DNA of 64,000 bases, taken from IMG/VR virus record IMGVR_UViG_3300049329_000003, positions 2,588 through 66,587 of that record. One strand, written 5' to 3'. Positions 17,309 to 26,534 of this stretch are shown here, in pieces. Every line of letters starts with the position of its first letter. Within the stretch, counting starts at the first letter, position 1. Under the pieces are notes generated by a model, which had not been told where the DNA came from, did no database searches, and saw only the letters and a program-made list of their open reading frames with translations. Source of the DNA: a virus (Duplodnaviria > Caudoviricetes). A program made the translations under genes and the position numbers.

Positions 17309-19456
17309 TTAGAGAGTTCTATACTCCGTCCCGATTGATTGACTACGGACTTCTTTCGCCACCTTCGCCAACCGCATAGGGTAAAACTCCACTGAAGGGG
17401 TCACGCCTGAGATTGCGATTAATCCTAACGCCTCTAAACTTACTGATCGGAATAGAGAGCGTCGTCCTATGACTGCTATCCCACTTTGCGCTTCGCATAA
17501 AATAGCTCGCTCAATCACTGAAAAGACTATTCCGTCTGACTCAATCCCGGCCACAACAACTAGAGACGCTAAACGCTCGTGGCTTACAGTTCCCGGATCT
17601 ATCTCTCCGGCGCTGGCAATTTCACCTGCGATGTTTAGTAAAGCTGAAGACTGAACTTCACGAAAAGAAACTGCCGCTGTTTCTATCCCCACCGTAACTA
17701 ACACTGTTACAGATGCGTTTAGTTCACTGAAAAACTGAGCAGAAGACTCCAGCGCCCCAAGTAGATCTATTGTTGTGCTGCGTTCAAAAACAGAGAAGAA
17801 GAGTGCCGTACTGGAAATCTCTCCTACCGCATCAAAAGATAATAAGGAGCTGAGAATTGAAAAGAATTGACCGCTGGATTCGACAGTCGCGGTGGCGTCA
17901 ATCGAGGCTGAGCCACTTAATACAGAAAACCCCGTTGCCGAAGATTCAACAACAGAGGTACAGCCAACTGAAGCGGAACGCTCAAAGGTAGTGACAGGGC
18001 TTGATACAGTTCCGGCGCTGGCGATATCTCCGGATACTCCGATATCGACAGCACGTGATACCTGACGCACGCCGGAGACGGATATCGACGCAGATCCGTT
18101 GAGTAGACCGGAACGTTCAAAAACTGAGAAGAATACCGCGGAAGATGTGACTGCTCCAATTGTATTAACTGCAACCGAACGGGAGTGCTCCGTGACACTC
18201 TCTATTCCGATTACTTCAACCAGACCGATAGCCGTAGGGCTGGCACTGGAAAGCGTAAACGAGGCACTGGCGGCGTCTCCGGTGGTATTGAAAACCTGAT
18301 CAGCCGTAGTGATACCAAGCCCGTCGTTACGCTCTGTCCAGCCGCTCGGGGCCGTAAACGTTGGCACACCATCAGCGACGCACGTCACTACCACGATCAC
18401 CCTTGTCGCAGATCTTATCAGCGCATCCCAAGTCGAAGTAGTTGAAGACGCGTTCTGGCGAAGGTTAACGTTCCCGACTGGGTCTGATTGATGACAGTTG
18501 TAATAAGTACAAATAGCAGCGGAGATTTCAGCGGAACCTGTACGGGAAAAAGTGCGACTAAGCGCGGCATCGGCATAGGCCCAGAACTTCGAAACAGAGG
18601 AGCCGCCGCCAGAGGTCGTTGTATCCCACGTCGAGATCTCAGTCCAACCTGCGGGGGCGCTAAGAGTTGTCGATCCTGCGCCTTCGACTGTTGCAATTAG
18701 GACATCCTTGTTGCCTTCCACGTCGGTGCGGGTTGTCCCGCTGGGGAGCGCGGGCGTTACTGAAGTCCCAGTAGCGGTAGACTGAGAGGCAGAGCGATAG
18801 TAAGGATAATCAGCGGATGGGATCGCAATGATGCCAGCCACCCACCTAACTCCCGATGTCGGGCTGGCATCCTGACTTGCTAACACAGTGCCCTGATCTG
18901 CGACGGTCTTACTAGACGCGTTGCCAACCAGCGTGCCGCTGATAATGATCTCTTCGTCTTGTGTATAGCCTGACGGGTCAGGAGCGTTTGTTGCGGAGCG
19001 CTGAAAGTAGAAGTGGATAATTAACGCCTCTGGAAAAGGCGTTGTTATTGAGGCGGGGCGGATTGGGTTAGCCGTGCCAGTGGTGTAGTTCCGGGCCGCC
19101 CATGCGGGCAAGCTGAATACTCCCTCTTCGCTTGCCCCGTCAACTGACCAAGCAAACGCTTCGCGCGTGACGGTGGCTCCTAGTGTAAATACCGGACTTG
19201 CTAAGGGAAGTGAATCGCCAGAAAGGACGCGCCGCTGAAACACTGTGGCTAGGAGTCCGTTTGCTGAGGTTCCTACTTGCGGCTGTGCTACTCGTGACCA
19301 ACCCGCCGGATTACCTAGCCAAAGAGTATTGCCGGTGTTGCCGATAGCAATGTAAATGATGTCGCCGGCAGCGTGAGTCGGCAACGTAACCGTGATCGTG
19401 CTGCCTGTGCCGCCGGGATTAGTCGGGGTAGAGTCTCGGATGGTTGCGTTAGCCAC
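17309..19456 (-). CDS. Paralogous fibre protein with two P-x-GW beta domains and 22-aa FFS repeats
   Basis: GDIIYIA...PAGWS, KDVLIA...PAGWTE domains; FFSVFERS repeats; similar C-terminus to the 15692 gene. Confidence 0.7.
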   Translation of the reverse strand: MANATIRDSTPTNPGGTGSTITVTLPTHAAGDIIYIAIGNTGNTLWLGNPAGWSRVAQPQVGTSANGLLATVFQRRVLSGDSLPLASPVFTLGATVTREAFAWSVDGASEEGVFSLPAWAARNYTTGTANPIRPASITTPFPEALIIHFYFQRSATNAPDPSGYTQDEEIIISGTLVGNASSKTVADQGTVLASQDASPTSGVRWVAGIIAIPSADYPYYRSASQSTATGTSVTPALPSGTTRTDVEGNKDVLIATVEGAGSTTLSAPAGWTEISTWDTTTSGGGSSVSKFWAYADAALSRTFSRTGSAEISAAICTYYNCHQSDPVGNVNLRQNASSTTSTWDALIRSATRVIVVVTCVADGVPTFTAPSGWTERNDGLGITTADQVFNTTGDAASASFTLSSASPTAIGLVEVIGIESVTEHSRSVAVNTIGAVTSSAVFFSVFERSGLLNGSASISVSGVRQVSRAVDIGVSGDIASAGTVSSPVTTFERSASVGCTSVVESSATGFSVLSGSASIDATATVESSGQFFSILSSLLSFDAVGEISSTALFFSVFERSTTIDLLGALESSAQFFSELNASVTVLVTVGIETAAVSFREVQSSALLNIAGEIASAGEIDPGTVSHERLASLVVVAGIESDGIVFSVIERAILCEAQSGIAVIGRRSLFRSVSLEALGLIAISGVTPSVEFYPMRLAKVAKEVRSQSIGTEYRTL

Positions 19457-19462
19457 ATTCGC

Positions 19463-19858
19463 TTATTGATTCTGGTTATAGGGACGGCCTCTAACGCTGA
19501 CATCAACGCCAGTGGGCCAAACGGTACTATCAACGAAAACGGTGACTACAATGATTGGTGCCGCGGCGATTATGGATTGCCCGTTGCCGCCAAAACCTCC
19601 CGCATCCTGAGGCGTTTCCCCTGGTCCGTGTGATGTGAAAAATTGGTATGCGACTCCTGATGGGCCGCTGCCGGACTCCGATCCCTGAAGGGTCAAAATC
19701 TCATAAAACTCTTCTGGTCCGTTAAAGAACGCCGACGCTTCGTATAGTGTGTCAGGCTCAAGATTGGGAGCGTTCGCGGGAAAGAACACCTGCTCGTTAA
19801 CGGCGTTAGCGCTGCCACCATAAGCACTTGCACCATAAGCTGAGGATCCGTAAGACAT
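19463..19858 (-). CDS. Virion structural protein (YGASAYGG N-terminal repeat)
   Basis: 131 aa in the head-neck operon. Confidence 0.6.
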   Translation of the reverse strand: MSYGSSAYGASAYGGSANAVNEQVFFPANAPNLEPDTLYEASAFFNGPEEFYEILTLQGSESGSGPSGVAYQFFTSHGPGETPQDAGGFGGNGQSIIAAAPIIVVTVFVDSTVWPTGVDVSVRGRPYNQNQ

Positions 19859-19867
19859 TAAAGCTCC

Positions 19868-20527
19868 TCAAGTAATCGTACTGTAGATCGGGAGGTACCC
19901 AATGATTGTTCCGCTTGCGTCACGGATAGCAAGCTTTCCAGCCAATGTACCGACCGCTACCGTCGCGGATTCGACCTGCGTAGTCGCCAAGTTCACGTTA
20001 TTTAGCGTCAGACGATTATTTGCGTCGTCAAGAACCATATAGCTTGAGTTGCCCTGCCCCTCAAAATCGCCGATATATACGGCAGTTTGCTGAATCTCCG
20101 TATATCCATCTTTAAGATCGATGAACTTGCTGGTATCAAGCCTCACGAGCACACTTGGTTCGTTAGGATCAATCACCAATGCAGGACCAAAGCCAAACAC
20201 GTCGCCTACCGTCTCAGTGATTGTGCGTGCCGTCATCCCCGCAATCAAGTTATAGGTCTTGCCCGCTACGTTATGATCTTCCGCTGCCGTGCCTTCCTGT
20301 GCGCGGGTAATCGTTAGGGTATCAGTTGACTTGGCCGTAACGCGGATTATTTCCACGCCGAGATCGTCTGAGGGATCAGGGTAATCCGTCGCGTTCCACC
20401 ACACTGCGTTGAAAGGCGCGGCTGGTAAACGATCACCGTGCCCTGCGATTACATCGATCTCGGTGGCTGATGCGTCGTAATTACCGTCTGAGACAACAGC
20501 CTTGGCAAAGTTTTTAATTGCGTCCAT
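19868..20527 (-). CDS. Virion structural/fibre protein
   Basis: EIIRVTAKSTDTLTITRAQEGTAA motif common in phage fibre N-terminal domains; C-terminal YLPIYS. Confidence 0.7.
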   Translation of the reverse strand: MDAIKNFAKAVVSDGNYDASATEIDVIAGHGDRLPAAPFNAVWWNATDYPDPSDDLGVEIIRVTAKSTDTLTITRAQEGTAAEDHNVAGKTYNLIAGMTARTITETVGDVFGFGPALVIDPNEPSVLVRLDTSKFIDLKDGYTEIQQTAVYIGDFEGQGNSSYMVLDDANNRLTLNNVNLATTQVESATVAVGTLAGKLAIRDASGTIIGYLPIYSTIT

Positions 20528-20541
20528 GAATGCTCCCTAAC

Positions 20542-20988
20542 TTAGTCAGCGGCTGAAACACTTAGCGATAAAAAGCCGATTATAGGGTCTCCGCTGACAT
20601 TGATGCTACCGCCGGCTTCCGTGCTGCTCTCTAATTCAGTAACAGCAAAGGACACAGCACGAGCCTCTTGCCCGTCTAGTGTCAGAGAACGGAGATGGGT
20701 GATTAGCTGCTCACGCGATAGCCCTCGGGGCAGATTCGTCTTATTCAATTGCCATATACTCTCCGATCGCTTGGCACCCATCACGATTGAGAGATAGTTA
20801 TCTGTTCCTACTCGGCTACCGCTCAGGTTGATTGCGCATTGCTCTTGTTGGCCCGCTTCCAGTTCGGCCATCACAAACTCAACCGTGCGCGACCGCTGGG
20901 CGTTGTCATTCTCATCGGTCAACGGCTTGAGGCGTCCTAACTCATCAAGCATCGTTTCGCGATCACTCTGCTTTACGATTGACCACAC
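20542..20988 (-). CDS. Hypothetical protein with an internal duplicated domain
   Basis: Two similar halves (RETMLDELGRL...RTVEFVMAELE...INLSG; REQLITHLRSL...RAVSFAVTELE...INVSG). Confidence 0.6.
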   Translation of the reverse strand: MWSIVKQSDRETMLDELGRLKPLTDENDNAQRSRTVEFVMAELEAGQQEQCAINLSGSRVGTDNYLSIVMGAKRSESIWQLNKTNLPRGLSREQLITHLRSLTLDGQEARAVSFAVTELESSTEAGGSINVSGDPIIGFLSLSVSAAD

Positions 20989-21036
20989 TTTGTTATTTGC
21001 CTTTCAGTCAATGTTCCCATCATGTATGAAAAAGTG

Positions 21037-21414
21037 CTACGTGAAACTCAAGTCCAAATCGGCCGTAGGTAGCCGAAATGTGTCTCCCGCAGTAACCGCC
21101 GCCGATGAAGAGAGGTCATCACGTCCAAGAAAATTTCCTCCCGATGAAGCATCCCAAAGACTGATGTGAGTATATGTCTCCGTTGTGCTCACGTTCAGCC
21201 ATTCCGTTGCCGCGGTTGTGGTAATCGCCCGACTGGCTGCCGCAGAGCCGAATGTCGCCTGTTGTCGAGTTGTTTCTACCGCCGCATTTGCTGTTCCCGC
21301 TGAGCCCGGATCGCCAAGATGCAGCTTCACCCAAACTGCCGCCTCGGCGTAAGAGACGTTGCGCGCTACCGCATCAAGAACTGAATTTGCCACGAGGTCT
21401 GAAAAGGTTCCCAT
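21037..21414 (-). CDS. Virion structural protein (head/tail fibre adaptor family)
   Basis: VWVKLHLGDPG...TYTHISLWDASSGGNFL...VTAGDTFRLP pattern. Confidence 0.75.
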   Translation of the reverse strand: MGTFSDLVANSVLDAVARNVSYAEAAVWVKLHLGDPGSAGTANAAVETTRQQATFGSAAASRAITTTAATEWLNVSTTETYTHISLWDASSGGNFLGRDDLSSSAAVTAGDTFRLPTADLDLSFT

Positions 21415-21425
21415 AGTTCAACTCC

Positions 21426-22736
21426 TTACGCGGCGGCTTCTTCCGCCCTCTTGCGAGCGCGCTGCTTGTTTTCTTCCGGTGCCGCGATAGCCTTGTTTTC
21501 AGGTGGAGCGGGGATGGCCTTTGCGTCAACGTCAATCCAGCCATGCTCACGCGCCATCGATTCGGGAATCTGCGTACCTTTCCCGGCGATCTGCACCGCT
21601 GCGCCGGTAGGAATCCGTCCCGGATTATCAACCGCCTGATAACTCCCATCCCGCATCTTGTAGATCCATCGATCCGAGGTCCACATTTTCATTGCTTCCG
21701 GTACTCCATTCTTGTATCGTGCGGCGGTCTCGATTAGCGCCGCCTCAAGTCTACCAAACTCACTCTCAGGATCTAAAGATGCAGCCAGAGTAAGTACCGC
21801 TTCTGAGCGCTCGCGATAGTAGGCTTCGTCAGTGAGCAGGCGATCGACTTCCATGTACCATGCGGCAATATCGTTGCGGTCAATGAAGATACCTGCGTCT
21901 CCGAAGGCTTCCTTCAATCCCTCAGTCGGATGTGCGATCGTCGGAATTCCCGCACACGCTGCCTCAATGCCGACACGACCATAGGATTCATAGTCAGAAG
22001 GCATTAGCAGTACCTTAGTCTTGCGGAACACTTCGCGAATGTCCGACGTATGTGCCATCCATTCGATGTTACCCGATGCGGCGAATTTCGGATCTGTTCC
22101 CGGCGCAGTGATTACCTGATCGCCGTAGCCGCCTTCAACCGCAAGGAATTCCCTATCAGGCATCTGCTTCGCCAGCGCTTTGAACGTGTTTGCGCCCTTT
22201 GTTGGTGTCGGGTTGACGAGGGTGATCTTGGTACCCGTTTCACAGCGGTAGCGTTCCGGCTCAACTACCGGATGGACCACAATTGACGGAGCCAGCCATT
22301 CGTCCGGCATTTCCTGTCCGGCCCATTGACTACGCTTCGCCGCTAACCAATATGAGTTGTAGACCGCCAGCGCATTCTTGTAAGGCACGCGCGCATCGAC
22401 GCGCCAGTACATGAGTTGAGCGTCGTTGTGGACGAAGTGGACGAGGGGAATCTTCGTTGCCATCGCGAGCGACATGGCTTGGCTGGTAAGATCGAGATGA
22501 GTGACTAACAGATCGGCATCTTTGACGAAGTACTCTAGCCACGATTGCACTCCTCGGCGCGGAGGGCGAACGACCTTGATACCATCGATCTCGTAAGGCG
22601 CAGTCTTACTGCGATCGCAGATGACGTTGACCATGTGGCCGCGATTCACCATCGCGCGAAGGGCAGCGTGGACTGTGGTTTCTGAGCCCGCGTTATGCTC
22701 AGGCGGGAAAAGATGGAAGTAAGCCGTGATTCTCAT
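21426..22736 (-). CDS. GT-B/GT4-family glycosyltransferase with C-terminal capsid-associated extension
   Basis: HLFPPEHNAGSE N-terminus; LLMPSDYESYGRVGIEAACAGIP (E-x7-E) motif; extra ~85-aa tail ending in KAIxAPxENK repeats. Confidence 0.9.
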   Translation of the reverse strand: MRITAYFHLFPPEHNAGSETTVHAALRAMVNRGHMVNVICDRSKTAPYEIDGIKVVRPPRRGVQSWLEYFVKDADLLVTHLDLTSQAMSLAMATKIPLVHFVHNDAQLMYWRVDARVPYKNALAVYNSYWLAAKRSQWAGQEMPDEWLAPSIVVHPVVEPERYRCETGTKITLVNPTPTKGANTFKALAKQMPDREFLAVEGGYGDQVITAPGTDPKFAASGNIEWMAHTSDIREVFRKTKVLLMPSDYESYGRVGIEAACAGIPTIAHPTEGLKEAFGDAGIFIDRNDIAAWYMEVDRLLTDEAYYRERSEAVLTLAASLDPESEFGRLEAALIETAARYKNGVPEAMKMWTSDRWIYKMRDGSYQAVDNPGRIPTGAAVQIAGKGTQIPESMAREHGWIDVDAKAIPAPPENKAIAAPEENKQRARKRAEEAAA

Positions 22737-22790
22737 AAAGTAAATGGCGGCTCCCCCTCAAGGGAAGAAAAGAGAAGCCGCCTGCTGGCG
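22737..22790 (-). promoter_or_regulatory. Hairpin plus TTTACTTT directly before the GT4 ATG
   Basis: Minus strand CAGGCGGCTTC-(loop)-GGAGCCGCC-ATTTACTTT-ATG; the GGAG lies inside the stem. Confidence 0.55.
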
Positions 22791-22815
22791 TAACGGCTAT
22801 GGCGTCGTTACGGTA

Positions 22816-24147
22816 CTAACTATTCTCACCTGCGTGTAGGTCTATTTTGACCACAGCGGGCGGTCGCAACACGCCGAACGCCCATCGGCCTTCATACAGG
22901 ATATCGATGATGTTGCGCTCGAAGTGATCGCGGTTTGAGTCAGTGATGTAGAGGCTTGGATCTTGTCTGTCCCATATTACTAACTGCTTCAAGTCGCCTG
23001 TGTAACCCGTACCTTGCGGGATGACTTCGGACTCAATTACGGGCAAGCCCCAAAGCATCTTCTGACCCAGCGCCATTGGGCCACCAAAGTAAAACCAGCC
23101 GTTGTCGTGGCGGGCAAGATCGATAGTTTCCCAGTCATACGAATTGAGCAGGAATCCCGTCGAGCGAGCACGGCCCCGAATGGTCGCAGCAGTACGCGCC
23201 TTCCGAGTGGTCGTAATCATTCCGCCTGTAGTGTCTTGAGCATCGACCACAAAGTCCTGCGTCGTCAGGTTCGGCGTGTTCTCTAGTCCGGTAAAATGAT
23301 TTGCCCCGCCTGGCCCGGCTACAATCTCCTCTTCCAGCGCCAGGTCGATATCCGTCCGCATGAACGCAGTCATCATCGATTGGAGCTGAGGATAGTCAGC
23401 AAGGATCGTGCGCGTAGCGTTCATGATGACCGCGATAGTCTTCACACCTGTCTGCACGACTTCAAGCGACATTGCCGCTTTCGGCTTGAGCGCGGCATCG
23501 TCAGTCAGCGAAGTCGCCTCGGGAACGATCCGCGCCGCACGAGTAAGCGAGTTGACGCGCACGTACTCGATGAGATTTGAGCCTGTTTGCAGGATCGTGA
23601 TCACGTCGCGAATGGACGGCGTACGCAACGGCAAATCAATCGGCCATGGACCATAGTCGCGTCGCACCAATGAGCCACCCGCCGATCCGGGCACGGTCAT
23701 TACCAGCGTGTCCTTGAATGAAATGTCGCCCAGTCCAATGTCCTTTAGTGAGATCGTTGGCGAGCGCCCGAACTGGTAAGAAGCAGTCATCTCCTTGCCT
23801 TCGGGGGCTACCTGCTCACGCCATGCTTTGAACTCCGGGGCGTTGATGATCAACTCGCCCATCGTTTTTAGCTCCGGCTCACGGTTGGCATCAGGGTTCC
23901 CAAAATCGGGACGACCTACGGGCTGTTTAAGAAAATCGTCGATTGCTTTCAGACGCTTCTTGCGATCCGCGTACTTGTTCTCTTCATCAACCTCGGCAAC
24001 CAACTCCTCGATTCGTTTCCAGCGAGTGTCAAGCTCGGCTTTTTGCTCGGTAGTAGGATCTTCGTCTCCCTGCTTTGCCCAAAAAGCCTGCTCTGCATCT
24101 TTCAGTTCTTTGAGTTCCTGTGTGGCTGTCTTTTTCTCTTCGGCCAT
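22816..24147 (-). CDS. Major capsid protein, HK97 fold
   Basis: 443 aa with N-terminal coiled-coil delta domain; AARIVPEA...KP, LWGLPVIES, FERNIIDILYEGRWAFGVLRPPA. Confidence 0.95.
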   Translation of the reverse strand: MAEEKKTATQELKELKDAEQAFWAKQGDEDPTTEQKAELDTRWKRIEELVAEVDEENKYADRKKRLKAIDDFLKQPVGRPDFGNPDANREPELKTMGELIINAPEFKAWREQVAPEGKEMTASYQFGRSPTISLKDIGLGDISFKDTLVMTVPGSAGGSLVRRDYGPWPIDLPLRTPSIRDVITILQTGSNLIEYVRVNSLTRAARIVPEATSLTDDAALKPKAAMSLEVVQTGVKTIAVIMNATRTILADYPQLQSMMTAFMRTDIDLALEEEIVAGPGGANHFTGLENTPNLTTQDFVVDAQDTTGGMITTTRKARTAATIRGRARSTGFLLNSYDWETIDLARHDNGWFYFGGPMALGQKMLWGLPVIESEVIPQGTGYTGDLKQLVIWDRQDPSLYITDSNRDHFERNIIDILYEGRWAFGVLRPPAVVKIDLHAGENS

Positions 24148-24168
24148 CTGCTGCTCCTTTAGCGAAAA

Positions 24169-25266
24169 CTACGCCAGCGCTCGCATAGCGAGGCTCTGCA
24201 TGCGTAGCGATTGAGTCCTTAGCGTATCCACGGTGATCTCTTTCTCTACTGGCTCCTTCGGCTCGGAAGCAGCAAGAAGCTGGTCTAACGCATCTCTTGC
24301 GGCTACTACCTTCGCGCGATTGGAAGCAGAGAGAATCCGGCCTTCCTTGACTCGGTTCTCGTGGTTGCGCTGCATGTTGTGGGTATGCTTCTCCACTGCG
24401 GATACCACAGCATCGAAGGACTCAAAGGAGCCGGGTACCGATTCACCTTTGAGGTAAAATTCCTTGTCGCTACCGTCGAGGTAGTCTTCAATCTGGCCGA
24501 TCACGATCGGCAGTAACTGTGGACCGTACTCACCAACCAGATCCGTAATCTTTGCCCGCCAGTCGAGCACTGCTCCGGTCACGTTGGAGTCTTTGGCGGT
24601 CTCGGCTATCTTACGGACTACGCGATGAAAGGCTGACTCAACCTCCCAGATAGAGGGAGTCGTTTGGGCCATCTCCTCGGCCAGCATACCTTTGGATTCT
24701 CCATTGCTCGACTTCACAGCGGTCGCCATTGCTAACCTATTCATCGGCGCGGTGACGATTGAGTCTTCAATTACTTCACCCTTTTTCAGGATGCGGATGC
24801 GGTCGAACTTCTGCGCCTTGAGAAGATTGGCTTGCAGGCGGTCAGCCTTGACATAAAGCGGCAACTGCTCCTTGTAATCTTTTGCTTCGATGTAAGACTT
24901 GTCTGAGACTGAATAACCAAACGAGAAGCCAACACGCTTCCCGGCTTTCTTGCGCTCAACCGCCTTAGTGCGAACTGCCTGCGCATCAGACGTAGAGTGG
25001 AACTCAGAATCAACGAAAAAGCCGTGATCATCTTCCTTCGCTACCATCGGATAACCAACCGCTTTATCGAAGTCCCAATCATGTGAGTGAGCCGTGAAGC
25101 CTGCCTCCAGGTATTCGGTTATGCAGTCCTTGAAAAAACCGGGAACGATGAGATCCCCGCCCTCATCAATTTCATTAAAGACAGCTCGATAGCCAGAGAT
25201 GTGACCTGGGCCTTCATCTGTGACTGTCAGGTCTTTAAGGTCGATGAACTTGCGCTCAATTTGCAT
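24169..25266 (-). CDS. Prohead protease (HK97/S78 family)
   Basis: ISGYRAVFNEIDEGGDLI...AHSHDWD...GFSFGY...EDSIVTAPMN; likely start ATG 25266. Confidence 0.92.
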   Translation of the reverse strand: MQIERKFIDLKDLTVTDEGPGHISGYRAVFNEIDEGGDLIVPGFFKDCITEYLEAGFTAHSHDWDFDKAVGYPMVAKEDDHGFFVDSEFHSTSDAQAVRTKAVERKKAGKRVGFSFGYSVSDKSYIEAKDYKEQLPLYVKADRLQANLLKAQKFDRIRILKKGEVIEDSIVTAPMNRLAMATAVKSSNGESKGMLAEEMAQTTPSIWEVESAFHRVVRKIAETAKDSNVTGAVLDWRAKITDLVGEYGPQLLPIVIGQIEDYLDGSDKEFYLKGESVPGSFESFDAVVSAVEKHTHNMQRNHENRVKEGRILSASNRAKVVAARDALDQLLAASEPKEPVEKEITVDTLRTQSLRMQSLAMRALA

Positions 25267-25274
25267 GGTTGAAC

Positions 25275-25330
25275 CCAAAAAGAAAGCCCGCCAATGATCC
25301 TCTTCCGAGAACCACGGGCGGGCAGGTCGT
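25275..25330 (-). terminator. Large-loop terminator-like hairpin before the protease gene
   Basis: Minus strand ACCTGCCCGCC-(loop)-GGCGGGC-TTTCTTTTT, same arms as the 13513-13560 element. Confidence 0.65.
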
Positions 25331-25373
25331 CATCACGGGCTGACGCTTAACTCGCTAGTTGATTGTCAATAAC

Positions 25374-25544
25374 TTACGCGGTCTTCTCTCTCAATCCCTT
25401 GACCCGATCGATTAGGTTGTACAACTGCCGCTCAATCTTCTGTAGTTCCTGCTTGGTGCTTTGCGGAGACGTGTCCGGTTTGACTAAGGGAATGCTCTGC
25501 GTGTTCAGCAAGGCTGATTCGGGTTTAGGGGACTCTCGGCTCAT
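25374..25544 (-). CDS. 56-aa coiled-coil peptide
   Basis: MSRESPKP...KQELQKIERQLYNLIDRVKGLREKTA; TGcTAAACT extended -10 upstream. Confidence 0.55.
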   Translation of the reverse strand: MSRESPKPESALLNTQSIPLVKPDTSPQSTKQELQKIERQLYNLIDRVKGLREKTA

Positions 25545-25592
25545 TCCGTGCGGAGTTTAGCACAGTTTGGTTAAACATTTGCAAGGAGAAAT

Positions 25593-25808
25593 CTACTGGA
25601 CGGTTTCAACTTCGATGGTTCCATGCAGGATTGAGGTACGGCAGTATATCATCCGAAACTCGGTGGTGGCGGAATTTACGGCTCGACAACAGTGAAGGTG
25701 GCTGACTGCTTCGGTGATCGGTTCAGCGGTAATAATCTCCCAGCCGCGTAGGTCGTCCAACGATTCCGCGGTCCAGTATTCGTGACCATCAACGCAATCA
25801 ACTCTCAT
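25593..25808 (-). CDS. Hypothetical protein
   Basis: Coupled small ORF in the island. Confidence 0.5.
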   Translation of the reverse strand: MRVDCVDGHEYWTAESLDDLRGWEIITAEPITEAVSHLHCCRAVNSATTEFRMIYCRTSILHGTIEVETVQ

Positions 25809-26083
25809 TCACGTAACCACTTCTGCGCCAACTCCCGCATCTTTGCCGGACAATAGGCTCGCGGCATCAGGTTCCCGCAGTACTCGCAGAGCATGAGGTT
25901 GTAGCTGATGTTGAACACTCGTCCACTGAGAAATCCGCGTCCATCGTCAGGATGTTGTCCACGCCCGCTGTCGGTCTGCCGCGTCATGTGACAAGCCAGT
26001 TGCGATTCAGGCAGGTCATTGGCCCGCACGAGTTCAAGAATTGCGGTGTGTTCGTGCTTTGGGAGGGGCTCAAGGGCGTTCAT
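25805..26083 (-). CDS. Hypothetical protein with CxxC
   Basis: LCEYCG; ATGA coupling. Confidence 0.6.
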   Translation of the reverse strand: MNALEPLPKHEHTAILELVRANDLPESQLACHMTRQTDSGRGQHPDDGRGFLSGRVFNISYNLMLCEYCGNLMPRAYCPAKMRELAQKWLRE

Positions 26084-26355
26084 GCGTAAATCGGCTTAAC
26101 CTCATTTAGCGGTATTTCGTCATCAATCACTATTGGAATTCCCCACAGCGTTTCCGATATTGCGTCATTTAATTTCAGAAGATTGTCAGCGCCTAACTGC
26201 TTTTCGAGTAAGCGAAGCGTCATCATGCTCATTTCATAACGCTTAATAGCGGGACCATACTTCGCTCGCTGTGACTGGAGTAGCTTGTAGGCTTCTTCAA
26301 TTTGGTTCATTTCGTAATTCGCTATTCTTTTGGTGTCTTCGGCGACGGCATCCAA
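26080..26355 (-). CDS. Hypothetical protein
   Basis: 91 aa; LWGIPIVID motif. Confidence 0.6.
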   Translation of the reverse strand: MDAVAEDTKRIANYEMNQIEEAYKLLQSQRAKYGPAIKRYEMSMMTLRLLEKQLGADNLLKLNDAISETLWGIPIVIDDEIPLNEVKPIYA

Positions 26356-26534
26356 TAGCGGACATCTACACCTCGACGCATTCCCTCACGAGCATCAACG
26401 TAACAAAATCCCGCATCGCTGAAGTATTCACCGCTAATCGCGTTGGACGAATAGTTGGGATCGTACTCGGCAATCAACACGGGTTGGCCGCTTTCTGGTA
26501 ATCTATCCCTGACGCTGATCCACTCGTTGCTCAT
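26322..26534 (-). CDS. DUF551-like small phage protein
   Basis: EWISVRDRLPESGQPVLI...VRYWMPSPKTP. Confidence 0.8.
   Translation of the reverse strand: MSNEWISVRDRLPESGQPVLIAEYDPNYSSNAISGEYFSDAGFCYVDAREGMRRGVDVRYWMPSPKTPKE

Noticed and set aside
15692-19456. Diversity-generating retroelement template/variable repeats in the fibre genes
   Set aside because: The repeats are degenerate at protein level, with no adenine-specific mismatched DNA pair and no reverse transcriptase in the window
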